A DNA stretch of 64,000 nucleotides from Parcubacteria bacterium GBS-2. GTDB lineage: Bacteria > Patescibacteriota > Minisyncoccia > Minisyncoccales > GBS-2. The DNA is taken from the NCBI GenBank assembly GCA_001443025.1, contig LEKP01000001.1:161889-225888 (forward strand), read 5' to 3'. Positions 49,776 to 57,919 of the stretch are shown piece after piece (position 1 is the stretch's first letter; each line of letters starts with the position of its first letter). The position numbers were made by a program, and so were the translations under genes. The notes under the pieces are model-generated. The model was given only the letters and a program-made list of their open reading frames with translations. It was not told where the DNA came from and searched no databases.

Positions 49776-52204
49776 AATTAAAAAATAGATTTTTAGCTTT
49801 GTTTTTTATTTTTCTAATTTCTCTTTATTTTTTACCCCAACCTTCGTTTGCTAAAGAAAAACAAGATTTCAATTTACTCTTTTTCATAAAATCAAAAATT
49901 AATTCCATTTTTTCCTCTGTAAAGTCTTTCTTTTCTCAAAGTTTTAACAGTTTGAAAATCAAAATTTTTGGGCAAAAAGAAGTTACTCAAACAAAATCAC
50001 CAACTCCACAATCTCTATCAGTTTCTGAATGGAAAAATTGGGAAGTAATTTCTGAAGGAGTTAATGAATCAAAATACAAAATTTCAATTGGTAATCAGTT
50101 ATTAGAAGGAATAGAATTGAATCTTTTTAGTTCGGCCAATGGGGATATAAATAAAGATTTCATAACAATAAGAGTTTTTGGTTTGCCTCAAACAGTTAAT
50201 GGACAAACGATTGAACCCATTTTAGGATGGACAAAAGCAGGTTTTGAAAACGATAACAGAGAAACAGTTGGGGGAGCACATGTTCTTTATTACATTCTTC
50301 CTCAAAGAGATTTTGTAAATTATATTGAAATTACACTTTCTTCTCCAAATGGAAATCCTCATTTAATTTTAAACAAATCTTTTGCTCGAAAATGGGAACC
50401 GTTTGTTGATTATGTTACTGACGCCCAATCTAGTGCTGGTTGGTCGTATTATCTTCCTTCAAATCAACTTTTAGAAGGCAAAAAAGGAGGAATGGCACTC
50501 TTTGCTTGCGGGGCAGGAACTCTTCACAATTGCCCCATGGAATCAAACATTAATTACTATTTGGCAAAAAGATTTAAATTACCAAAAAGAGAGGGAAAAC
50601 CAGAAATTTATATTGAAACAGGGTATGTTGGCGGAATTAATGTAGCTCCAGAAAGCGCTTACGGTGCTTCCAATTTTCAGGCAAAAGTTAACGCTGGAGT
50701 AGGTCAGGGATTTTGGATTAATGAAGCTGAATTCAAAGGAAAATCTCAAACTCTTTGGCAGATAAAACACAATCCCGCAGCTTTTGCTACAGAACAATCA
50801 GCAGAAGCTGGAGCTTCCGCAATGATCGATATTTTAATAGACATTGGAGAAGATTTTGTTCAATCTCCCGCAGGAAGGCTCATATTAAAAGCTTTAAGTT
50901 ATCTTACCTTTGTTTATGATGTTTATTCGCTAGTTGGAAGCTTGGACTACAATGAAATCGTTTCAGAATCAAAAAGAGTGGTTTTTTCTCCAGCTCCAGT
51001 CGATCCAAATGATGATAATTTAGTTTATGTTTGGCTTCGGGGAGAAGGAGTAGTGAGAGTGGCTGGATTGAGTGGAATTGAACTAAATTTTATTGGACAA
51101 TCTCCATTTGGCGATCCTCTTTTGGAAAGATTAGGAGATACTGTTTGGAATCTTCCAGAAGGAGGGTTTCAAATAGGTGGAATTTTGTTGCACTATCACA
51201 TTCCTCGAGTAGTTGAAGTTCAACCCGTAGGAGAAAACCTTCCAGTAAATTCCACTTTTACTATCAAGTTTACAAAACCAATTAATATAAAAAGTCTTTT
51301 GGAGCAAGATAGTATAATTGTTGATTATCACCCAAAAAGAGAAGGATTTTATTTCCCTTTTCATTACAACTTAAGTTCCGATGGAAGGACCCTCTATTTG
51401 ATACCAAATTATAGACTTCATTATGACACTTTCTACAAAATTACTCTTTCCTCCAAAATTCAAGATACCGAGGGTTTTTCATTAGAACCTTTTGAATTTT
51501 CTTTCACTACTGAAAAAAACCCCAATCCCCAAAAAGATCTTTACATTAAAATAAGTGTGATGAGTTATTCTGGAAAAGAACCATTTTCTGCTTTAAATTT
51601 TGGTGATATCTTTGAAGTTATTCCCACCGATATTCCTTGGTCTGAATATGAAAAATCTCTTCGAGAACAAGGCGGAGTACAAGGTTTAATGCGCACTACC
51701 CATCCAAATTTCGATTGCTACAACGAAGAAAAAGGATTTATTTTTACCCTTAATAACAAATTCTACTTTGCCCCCTATCTTTCAAAAACTTGTCCTTATA
51801 AAGTAATTTTTGAACTCACCAAAAAATTAACTCCAGAAAAAGTAAAAGCTCCAAGTGCAACCATTGAAATTAAATACTTCCGCGGAAATGCCTACGTTGC
51901 AGAGCAAGTAGGAATTAAAAGTGGAGCGATCTTTAATTTAGAACCAATTACTTATCAAGAATATTCTGCAATAGGAGATTACTTTGCCAACGGAATTTTT
52001 CATTCAAAAGATTTTCATTGCCTTGATGGAAAGGAACTAAAAGTTTATGCTCTAATTAGGAGTCCATTTGCTACAATTCCAGACAAACCAGAAGCAATGT
52101 TTTCAGTAAATTTTGTAAGAGGGATTTCAAGTTCTGCTCCGGTTGATTTTGTTGTTTACAGCCCAGATGAAAATTGCAAGGGTGCTTGGAGGTTTGTAAA
52201 ATAA
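49772..52204 (+). CDS. Large secreted hypothetical protein with SbsA-Ig/Big_5-like domain
   Basis: Signal peptide MKLKNRFLALFFIFLISLYFL. Ig-like segment VVEVQPVGENLPVNSTFTIKFTKPIN...YKITLSSKIQDTEGFSL. The ATG at 49772 (ATGA overlap) is preferred over the TTG at 49745. Confidence 0.5.
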   Translation: MKLKNRFLALFFIFLISLYFLPQPSFAKEKQDFNLLFFIKSKINSIFSSVKSFFSQSFNSLKIKIFGQKEVTQTKSPTPQSLSVSEWKNWEVISEGVNESKYKISIGNQLLEGIELNLFSSANGDINKDFITIRVFGLPQTVNGQTIEPILGWTKAGFENDNRETVGGAHVLYYILPQRDFVNYIEITLSSPNGNPHLILNKSFARKWEPFVDYVTDAQSSAGWSYYLPSNQLLEGKKGGMALFACGAGTLHNCPMESNINYYLAKRFKLPKREGKPEIYIETGYVGGINVAPESAYGASNFQAKVNAGVGQGFWINEAEFKGKSQTLWQIKHNPAAFATEQSAEAGASAMIDILIDIGEDFVQSPAGRLILKALSYLTFVYDVYSLVGSLDYNEIVSESKRVVFSPAPVDPNDDNLVYVWLRGEGVVRVAGLSGIELNFIGQSPFGDPLLERLGDTVWNLPEGGFQIGGILLHYHIPRVVEVQPVGENLPVNSTFTIKFTKPINIKSLLEQDSIIVDYHPKREGFYFPFHYNLSSDGRTLYLIPNYRLHYDTFYKITLSSKIQDTEGFSLEPFEFSFTTEKNPNPQKDLYIKISVMSYSGKEPFSALNFGDIFEVIPTDIPWSEYEKSLREQGGVQGLMRTTHPNFDCYNEEKGFIFTLNNKFYFAPYLSKTCPYKVIFELTKKLTPEKVKAPSATIEIKYFRGNAYVAEQVGIKSGAIFNLEPITYQEYSAIGDYFANGIFHSKDFHCLDGKELKVYALIRSPFATIPDKPEAMFSVNFVRGISSSAPVDFVVYSPDENCKGAWRFVK

Positions 52205-52208
52205 TTCA

Positions 52209-52682
52209 ATGGCAAAATATAAAAATTTAATAATCGCTTTAATATTGGTGATTTTGGGTATTGGAGCAATTTCTCAAAAATTTTCTCAAAAAAGTGGAAC
52301 AACAACAGGGAAAACGAAATGCGAATGGGTTGCTATTTCCCAAAAATACAAATCAGGAATTTGTTCAGGTTCTTTTAGAGATGGAGAAGCCACAATTGAG
52401 TTAAAGAAAATTCCAATTGAAAATGTAAAACTAAATTATGCTCTATTTCAACAATGCGAAAAAAGCAAAAATCTTTTATTTTGTAGTGGCCAAACTTCAG
52501 AATGCTCAGTCATTTCAGAAGTTACACCTTTTAAAGTAAAATGCCCTCCTTTTACTCTACCAGCAAAAATTGAGTTCAGGTTTCTTTTGCCAATGGAAAC
52601 AGAAACAGAATGCTACAATAGTTATTCTCGACAACCAGCCAACACTTGTTGGTTTGGAGAAGCCAGGCTCTATTTTTACTAA
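52209..52682 (+). CDS. Hypothetical secreted Cys-containing protein
   Basis: 157 aa with an N-terminal TM/signal peptide. It starts 4 nt after the previous stop. Confidence 0.4.
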   Translation: MAKYKNLIIALILVILGIGAISQKFSQKSGTTTGKTKCEWVAISQKYKSGICSGSFRDGEATIELKKIPIENVKLNYALFQQCEKSKNLLFCSGQTSECSVISEVTPFKVKCPPFTLPAKIEFRFLLPMETETECYNSYSRQPANTCWFGEARLYFY

Positions 52683-52737
52683 AAATTAAATTTTTGCAAA
52701 AATCTTTTTTAACTGTAGTTTTTGGCAGATTTTCCTC

Positions 52738-52766
52738 TTGACAATATTTCTTGTTAAGAATAAAAT
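52738..52766 (+). promoter_or_regulatory. Promoter of the Fur-family gene
   Basis: TTGACA, 17 nt, TAAAAT (52761-52766), then 10 nt to ATG 52777. An imperfect 7-1-7 inverted repeat TAAGAAT-g-ATTACTA (52772-52786) overlaps the start. Confidence 0.6.
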
Positions 52767-52776
52767 CTAATTAAGA

Positions 52777-53154
52777 ATGATTACTAATAAGAAAGAAAGG
52801 TTAACAAATCAAAAAAGAGTGATTTTGGAATATTTGAAATCAGTAAAAACTCATCCTTCAGCAAAAGAGGTTTATTTTGAGGTTAAAAAGAAATTGCCTC
52901 AAATTAGCTTGGGGACGGTCTATCGGGTCTTGAATCAATTGAAAGAAAAAGGAGAGGTAAGAGAAATTTTAACAGAGGTTAGCCATTTTGATGGAGATAC
53001 AAGTTTTCATTCTCATTTTATTTGTGAAAAGTGCAAAAAGATTTTTGATGTGTTTGAAGAAATCCCAGAGCTGAAAAATAAAAAATTAAAGGTCGGCAAA
53101 ATAAAAGATTATCAAATTATTTTTTATGGCTTTTGCAAAAAATGCAAAAAATAA
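52777..53154 (+). CDS. Fur-family metalloregulator (PerR/Fur-like)
   Basis: Winged helix HPSAKEVYFEVKKKLPQISLGTVYRVLNQL, HSHFICEKC and CKKC (two CxxC motifs). Confidence 0.85.
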   Translation: MITNKKERLTNQKRVILEYLKSVKTHPSAKEVYFEVKKKLPQISLGTVYRVLNQLKEKGEVREILTEVSHFDGDTSFHSHFICEKCKKIFDVFEEIPELKNKKLKVGKIKDYQIIFYGFCKKCKK

Positions 53155-53413
53155 AGTAATTTGTCACGATTGCAAAAAGAAAATTGAAACAGATGGTAGC
53201 GAAATTAAGGACGGGAAAATGTTAGTTTATGAGAGTGGGGGAGAAAAAATTACTATTTTTAAATGCAACGATTGCTTTGAGAAATCTCAAGAATTGAGAA
53301 ACTATCAGCCCTGTGAAGTTTATTCAAGAGTGGTTGGATATTTAAGACCAGTTCAGCAGTGGAATTTGGGAAAACAACAAGAATTTAAAGAGAGAAAAGA
53401 ATATAAAATTTAA
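53126..53413 (+). CDS. Stand-alone NrdD C-terminal-like module (Zn ribbon + glycyl-radical-type motif)
   Basis: CHDCKKK...CNDCFEK followed by [30 protein letters not shown]. This matches the C-terminal pattern of class III RNR (R-V-x-G-Y...wN.GK..E...R). 95 aa. Confidence 0.55.
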   Translation: MAFAKNAKNKVICHDCKKKIETDGSEIKDGKMLVYESGGEKITIFKCNDCFEKSQELRNYQPCEVYSRVVGYLRPVQQWNLGKQQEFKERKEYKI

Positions 53414-53460
53414 AAAAGTCGAAATTAAAAAGGTCAAAAATATTAATAAAAAACAAAATC

Positions 53461-54135
53461 ATGGAAAACACAACTCAAAAGAGAATACCTCTTTTGGGAG
53501 AAGATTTCCCCAAGATAAAGGTCCAAACCACTCATGGAGTATTGGAATTGCCAGATCATTACAAAGGGAAATGGTTTGTTTTGTTTAGCCATCCAGCAGA
53601 TTTTACTCCAGTTTGCACGACAGAGTTTGTAGCATTCCAGAAAAGATATGAAAAATTCAAAAACTTAAATTGCGAATTGATTGGTTTAAGCATTGACCAG
53701 GTTTTTTCACACATTAAATGGGTAGAATGGATTAAAGAAAAATTGGGAGTTGAAATTCAATTTCCAATAATTGCAGACGACACTGGAAAAGTAGCTGAAA
53801 TGTTAGGATTGGTTCATCCTGAAAAAGGAACTAACACTGTGAGAGCTGTGTTTGTGATAGATGACAAAGGAAAAATCAGAATCATTCTTTATTATCCTCA
53901 AGAATTAGGAAGAAATATTGATGAAATTTTGAGAGCGATAGAAGGAATACAAATTTCTGACAAATATTCAGTAGCGATACCAGCTAATTGGCCAAATAAT
54001 GAAATCGTTGGAGAAAATGTGATAATTCCACCTGCAAAAGATGAAAAAACAGCAAAAGAAAGATTAGAGAAGGCAAAAAGAAAAGAAATTGAGTGTTTTG
54101 ATTGGTGGTTTTGCCACAAAAATATTAAGAAATGA
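53461..54135 (+). CDS. Peroxiredoxin, Prx6/archaeal-type with C-terminal CxxxxxC
   Basis: [18 protein letters not shown], and a C-terminal [10 protein letters not shown] like archaeal thioredoxin peroxidases. Confidence 0.88.
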   Translation: MENTTQKRIPLLGEDFPKIKVQTTHGVLELPDHYKGKWFVLFSHPADFTPVCTTEFVAFQKRYEKFKNLNCELIGLSIDQVFSHIKWVEWIKEKLGVEIQFPIIADDTGKVAEMLGLVHPEKGTNTVRAVFVIDDKGKIRIILYYPQELGRNIDEILRAIEGIQISDKYSVAIPANWPNNEIVGENVIIPPAKDEKTAKERLEKAKRKEIECFDWWFCHKNIKK

Positions 54136-54395
54136 AAAATAAGTTGTTAAAAGGAATCGAAAAATTTAATGAAATTAGAGTACCGGAGGCAAAAGCTGAA
54201 CTAGTAGAAATTAAAGGAAATGAAGTTTTGGTCAGATTTTCAGGACATATGTGTTTTACTTGCGGAACCTATGATTATTTTGATGATTTAATTTATGAAA
54301 TGAAAGATTTGGGAATTGATCTTGAAATACAAGGATTTAAAAGAGAAAATGGAAATAGATACTTAGTTTCTTATTTAATTAAAGGTCGAAAATGA
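54132..54395 (+). CDS. Small CxxC protein translationally coupled to Prx
   Basis: 87 aa with [17 protein letters not shown] overlap with the prx stop. No family recognised. Confidence 0.4.
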   Translation: MKNKLLKGIEKFNEIRVPEAKAELVEIKGNEVLVRFSGHMCFTCGTYDYFDDLIYEMKDLGIDLEIQGFKRENGNRYLVSYLIKGRK

Positions 54396-54426
54396 AATTG
54401 TGCTAATTTAAAATCATGGCAAAAAA

Positions 54427-55011
54427 ATGCAAAAAACCAAAAAAATCAAAAAAGACCCAGTAACAGTTTCAGATCCAAAACCAGTAAAGAAAGGTTCAAA
54501 GACAGAAGAGAATTTATGGAAAGCTTTTGCTGGAGAAGCCCAAGCCAGAAATAAATATACTTATTTTGCCAAGATTGCCAGAGAACAAGGTTTTGAACAC
54601 ATTGCAGCAGTATTTGAAGAGACAGCCCAAAACGAATTAGAACATGCCAAAATGATTTGGAAACTTTTGGGGAAATGGGCAGACACAAAGGAAAATTTAA
54701 AGATGGCAATTGAAGGTGAGCATTATGAATGGACAAAAATGTATCCTGAATTTGAAAAAGTGGCAAGAGAAGAGGGGTTTGAAGATGCGGTTAAATTTTT
54801 TAGAGAAGTAGCTGAAGTTGAAGAACAACATGAAAAGAGATTTAAAAGATTGCTAGAAGAATTAGAAAAAGGAGAGGTATTCAAAAAGAAAGAAAAGGTA
54901 ATGTGGGTTTGTAGAAATTGTGGATATGTGCATTGGGGCAAAACCGCACCAAAAGAATGTCCAAATTGCAGACATCCCCAGAGTTATTTTGAAGTGAGGT
55001 GCCAGTATTAA
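54427..55011 (+). CDS. rbr: Rubrerythrin
   Basis: Diiron four-helix motifs ([22 protein letters not shown]) and C-terminal rubredoxin CRNCGY...CPNC. Confidence 0.9.
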   Translation: MQKTKKIKKDPVTVSDPKPVKKGSKTEENLWKAFAGEAQARNKYTYFAKIAREQGFEHIAAVFEETAQNELEHAKMIWKLLGKWADTKENLKMAIEGEHYEWTKMYPEFEKVAREEGFEDAVKFFREVAEVEEQHEKRFKRLLEELEKGEVFKKKEKVMWVCRNCGYVHWGKTAPKECPNCRHPQSYFEVRCQY

Positions 55012-55057
55012 TTCAAAAGTCAAAACTCAAAGGTCAAAAGTTAAAAACCAAAATTTT

Positions 55058-55441
55058 ATGGTTCAAATAAAGCAAATTTACAAGTGTTCAATTTGCGGAA
55101 ATATTGTTGAAGTGTTATATGCTGGCGGAGGCACTTTAGTTTGTTGCGGAAAACCAATGGAACTTTTGGTTGAAAAGACCCAAGATCAGGGAATGGAAAA
55201 GCATGTTCCAGTAATTGAAAAAACTGAAGATGGCGTGAAAGTAAAAGTTGGATCTGTTGAACATCCAATGGAAGAAAACCACTACATTCAATGGATAGAA
55301 TTGATTGCAAATGGAATTTCTTTTAGAAAATTTTTAAAACCAGGGGAAAAACCTGAAGCAGAATTTAAAGTAAAAGCAGAAAACCTTGAGGCAAGAGAGC
55401 ATTGCAATTTACATGGATTGTGGAGAGGAGGAACTAGTTAA
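55058..55441 (+). CDS. dfx: Desulfoferrodoxin (2Fe superoxide reductase)
   Basis: N-terminal [10 protein letters not shown]...VCCG, then EKHVPVIEK and [19 protein letters not shown]. Confidence 0.9.
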   Translation: MVQIKQIYKCSICGNIVEVLYAGGGTLVCCGKPMELLVEKTQDQGMEKHVPVIEKTEDGVKVKVGSVEHPMEENHYIQWIELIANGISFRKFLKPGEKPEAEFKVKAENLEAREHCNLHGLWRGGTS

Positions 55442-55516
55442 TTCATTAATCTTACATAAATAAAGATCACAAAAATTCTACTCGAAAAATATCTTGTAAA
55501 TTTTTTAATCCTCGCA

Positions 55517-55633
55517 TTAAAAAACATTCTCACATTCTGTAGAATGGGGAGATATTATTATGTGGCGGAAATGGTTTAGAGATTTTAAATTAAAGTTTTA
55601 AACTAGCTTGAAAGAGTCAATTTTTTGTAGGGA
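55517..55633 (+). repeat. Repeat module copy 1 (R1 55517-55555, R2 55604-55633)
   Basis: R1 TTAAAAAACATTCTCACATTCTGTAGAATGGGGAGATA and R2 TAGCTTGAAAGAGTCAATTTTTTGTAGGGA each recur near 57.1 and 57.8 kb. Confidence 0.8.
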
Positions 55634-55643
55634 AATTGGCTGC

Positions 55644-55671
55644 TTGACATAGATTCTCAATTCGATAAACT
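55644..55671 (+). promoter_or_regulatory. Promoter of abiEi-abiEii
   Basis: TTGACA (55644-55649), 16 nt, TAAACT (55666-55671). 30 nt separate the -10 box from ATG 55702. Confidence 0.5.
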
Positions 55672-55701
55672 AAAGATAAGAATTATTCTGGCTTTTAGTT
55701 T

Positions 55702-56274
55702 ATGAAATACGAGAAAAAGCCAATTTCAAAAATTTTGCGTTCCCCAAACACTGTTTTTACTTTTAAAGAGATCTCTTTAATTTGGGGAGACCCTGATAAA
55801 AAAGCCACAATTTCAGCAATTAATTATTATGTAAAAACTGGAAATCTTTATCGAATTCGTCGAGGGATTTACGCAAAAGATAAAAATTACGACAAGTTTG
55901 AATTGGCAACCAAAATTTACACCCCCTCTTACATTAGTTTTGAAACAGTCCTGACTCAAGCTGGCGTTATTTTCCAATTTTACTCTCAAATTTTTGTCGC
56001 ATCATATTTGAAAAGAGAAATTTTGATTGATAATCAAAAATACACTTTTCGGAAAATTAAAGATTCGATTTTAACAAATCATACGGGCTTGGAGTTTAAA
56101 AACAATTATTGGATAGCCTCTCCTGAAAGAGCATTTTTAGATTTACTTTATCTAAACAAAAACTATCATTTTGACAATTTAGATCCTTTGGACAAAGAAA
56201 AAATTTTTGAAATTTTACCAATTTATAAAAATAAGACATTAGAAAAAAGTGTAAAAGAAATTTATGGCTCTTGA
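55702..56274 (+). CDS. Type IV toxin-antitoxin AbiEi-family antitoxin/transcriptional regulator
   Basis: TGNLYRIRRGIYAK...TPSYISFETVLTQAGVIFQ pattern. It overlaps the AbiEii gene by 11 nt. Confidence 0.7.
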   Translation: MKYEKKPISKILRSPNTVFTFKEISLIWGDPDKKATISAINYYVKTGNLYRIRRGIYAKDKNYDKFELATKIYTPSYISFETVLTQAGVIFQFYSQIFVASYLKREILIDNQKYTFRKIKDSILTNHTGLEFKNNYWIASPERAFLDLLYLNKNYHFDNLDPLDKEKIFEILPIYKNKTLEKSVKEIYGS

Positions 56275-56959
56275 TATTTCAAAACACAAAAACATCCTTT
56301 TGAAAATTTTAAAAGATATTTACAGCAACACATCCATTGCGCCTCTTTTGGGCTTCAAAGGTGGAACCGCTCTTTATCTATTTTATAATCTTCCTCGATT
56401 TTCTTTAGATTTGGATTTCGATCTTTTAGATGAAAAAAAGGAAGGTTTTGTTTTTCAAAAAATTTTGGAACTCGTAAAAGAATATGGAAAAATAAAAGAC
56501 AAAAGAAAAAAGAGATTTAGTTTGTTTATTTTGATTTCTTATGAAGAAAAGGCGCCAAATATTAAAATTGAAATCAATCTCAGACCGTTTGGTTCAAAAT
56601 ATGAAATTAAATCCTATCTTGGAATTCCAATGAAAGTGATGAAAATAGAAGACATTTTCGCTCACAAATTAGTGGCAATGTTTGAAAGATTTGGCAAGGC
56701 AAACAGAGATATTTTTGATAGTTGGTTTCTTTTGAAAAAAGATTTTCCAATTAACAAAGAAATTATAAAAAAGAGAACAGGAATGGAGCTCAAAGAATTT
56801 TTAAAAAAGTGCATAGAAAAAATTGAAACACTTCCAGAAAAGCGAATTTTAGCTGGAATGGGCGAACTTTTAGATGAAAAGACAAAAATTTGGACAAAGA
56901 AAAATCTTAAAAAAGATCTTTTGTTTTTACTGAAATTAAAACTCGAAAGTGAAAAATAA
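56264..56959 (+). CDS. AbiEii/AbiGii-family nucleotidyltransferase toxin (DUF1814)
   Basis: FKGGTALYLFYNLPRFSLDLDFD plus KLVAMFER...RDIFD. Confidence 0.8.
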   Translation: MALDISKHKNILLKILKDIYSNTSIAPLLGFKGGTALYLFYNLPRFSLDLDFDLLDEKKEGFVFQKILELVKEYGKIKDKRKKRFSLFILISYEEKAPNIKIEINLRPFGSKYEIKSYLGIPMKVMKIEDIFAHKLVAMFERFGKANRDIFDSWFLLKKDFPINKEIIKKRTGMELKEFLKKCIEKIETLPEKRILAGMGELLDEKTKIWTKKNLKKDLLFLLKLKLESEK

Positions 56960-57085
56960 ATTCCTTCTTAAAACTACTTTTTTTGGCAAAAATAAACGTA
57001 AAAATTCTGATAATAAGGAATTAAAATAAAATTCAAAATTAAAACGAAATTCAAGCTTAAAATGAAATTCAAAACTTCTTTTGAG

Positions 57086-57792
57086 TTAAAAACATTCTCA
57101 TATTCTATAGAAAGTTGAGATAAAAAGTTGTTGCTTTACTGATAGCAGCACCAATATTTCCAAGAAGTTTTATGGCAACCAGCTCTATAAGCTTCACCAC
57201 TTGAGCGATAACAATAACCATTGCACTCATATGGTGCAGATTTGGGGCAGCAAACCCTTCCTGTCCAACAATAACCTGGCGAACAATACTGACATCCTAT
57301 ACTGACTTTACTGCCAGAAGTGCCGCTTCCACCACTGGGAGCACTGCCTACCTCTTTGAAAGTTTGATAAATAAATTGGCACATTTGATCTTGAGTATTT
57401 GGATATTTGCCAGTAGCGCAGTTATAAGAGTAATAAATTAAGTAGCCAAACAAAATAATCAGCGCTATTTGGATACATGCTGTGATAATTTCTCCTGCTT
57501 TTGAAGGTTTGGAGGGTTTTGAAGGAACCTGGACCGGAGTTGGCGTTTTTTTAGGTTCTAATTTTTCTTTTAAAGCTTCAACAGACCCAACCAAATTAGT
57601 CCCGCAATTTTTACAAAATTTATCCTCGGGATTAACTTTTACTCCACAATTTGGACAAAAATTTGGCACAATATTAATTTTCTTTAAAAGCTTCCTCAAC
57701 CTTTCCTTAACTTTACTTTAAATTACTCTCTTTTGTCAAACAAAATTTTTAAGAGAAAATTTTAGCTTGAAAAAATCAATTTTTTGTGGGGA
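57086..57792 (+). repeat. Repeat module copy 2 (R1' 57086-57122, R2' 57763-57792) with a minus-strand gene between the halves
   Basis: R1' matches R1 at about 33 of 38 positions and R2' matches R2 at 27 of 30 (hand alignment). Confidence 0.8.
57136..57699 (-). CDS. Zinc-ribbon / TM / Cys-rich ectodomain protein
   Basis: FCPNCGVKVNPEDKFCKNCGTNL, Pro-rich linker, one TM helix, and a C-terminal domain with about 14 Cys. G+C is higher than the flanks. Confidence 0.5.
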   Translation of the reverse strand: MRKLLKKINIVPNFCPNCGVKVNPEDKFCKNCGTNLVGSVEALKEKLEPKKTPTPVQVPSKPSKPSKAGEIITACIQIALIILFGYLIYYSYNCATGKYPNTQDQMCQFIYQTFKEVGSAPSGGSGTSGSKVSIGCQYCSPGYCWTGRVCCPKSAPYECNGYCYRSSGEAYRAGCHKTSWKYWCCYQ

Positions 57793-57919
57793 GGATAAAT
57801 ATGATGATTATCAATAATTAGAAAAATAAATTTTAAAAAAAATGAGATGCGATATCTAATCTATGTAAAGAATATTAGTTGAAAACAATCATTTTTTTAT
57901 TTAAAAATTAAATAAGGAA

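Noticed and set aside
55550-57806. Mini-ORFs inside the R1/R2 repeats: a 13-codon MWRKWFRDFKLKF at about 55559-55600 and a 6-codon MMIINN at 57801-57821 behind GGGGAGGA.
   Set aside because: They are not conserved between the two repeat copies and are too short to evaluate. They are noted only as possible leader peptides.
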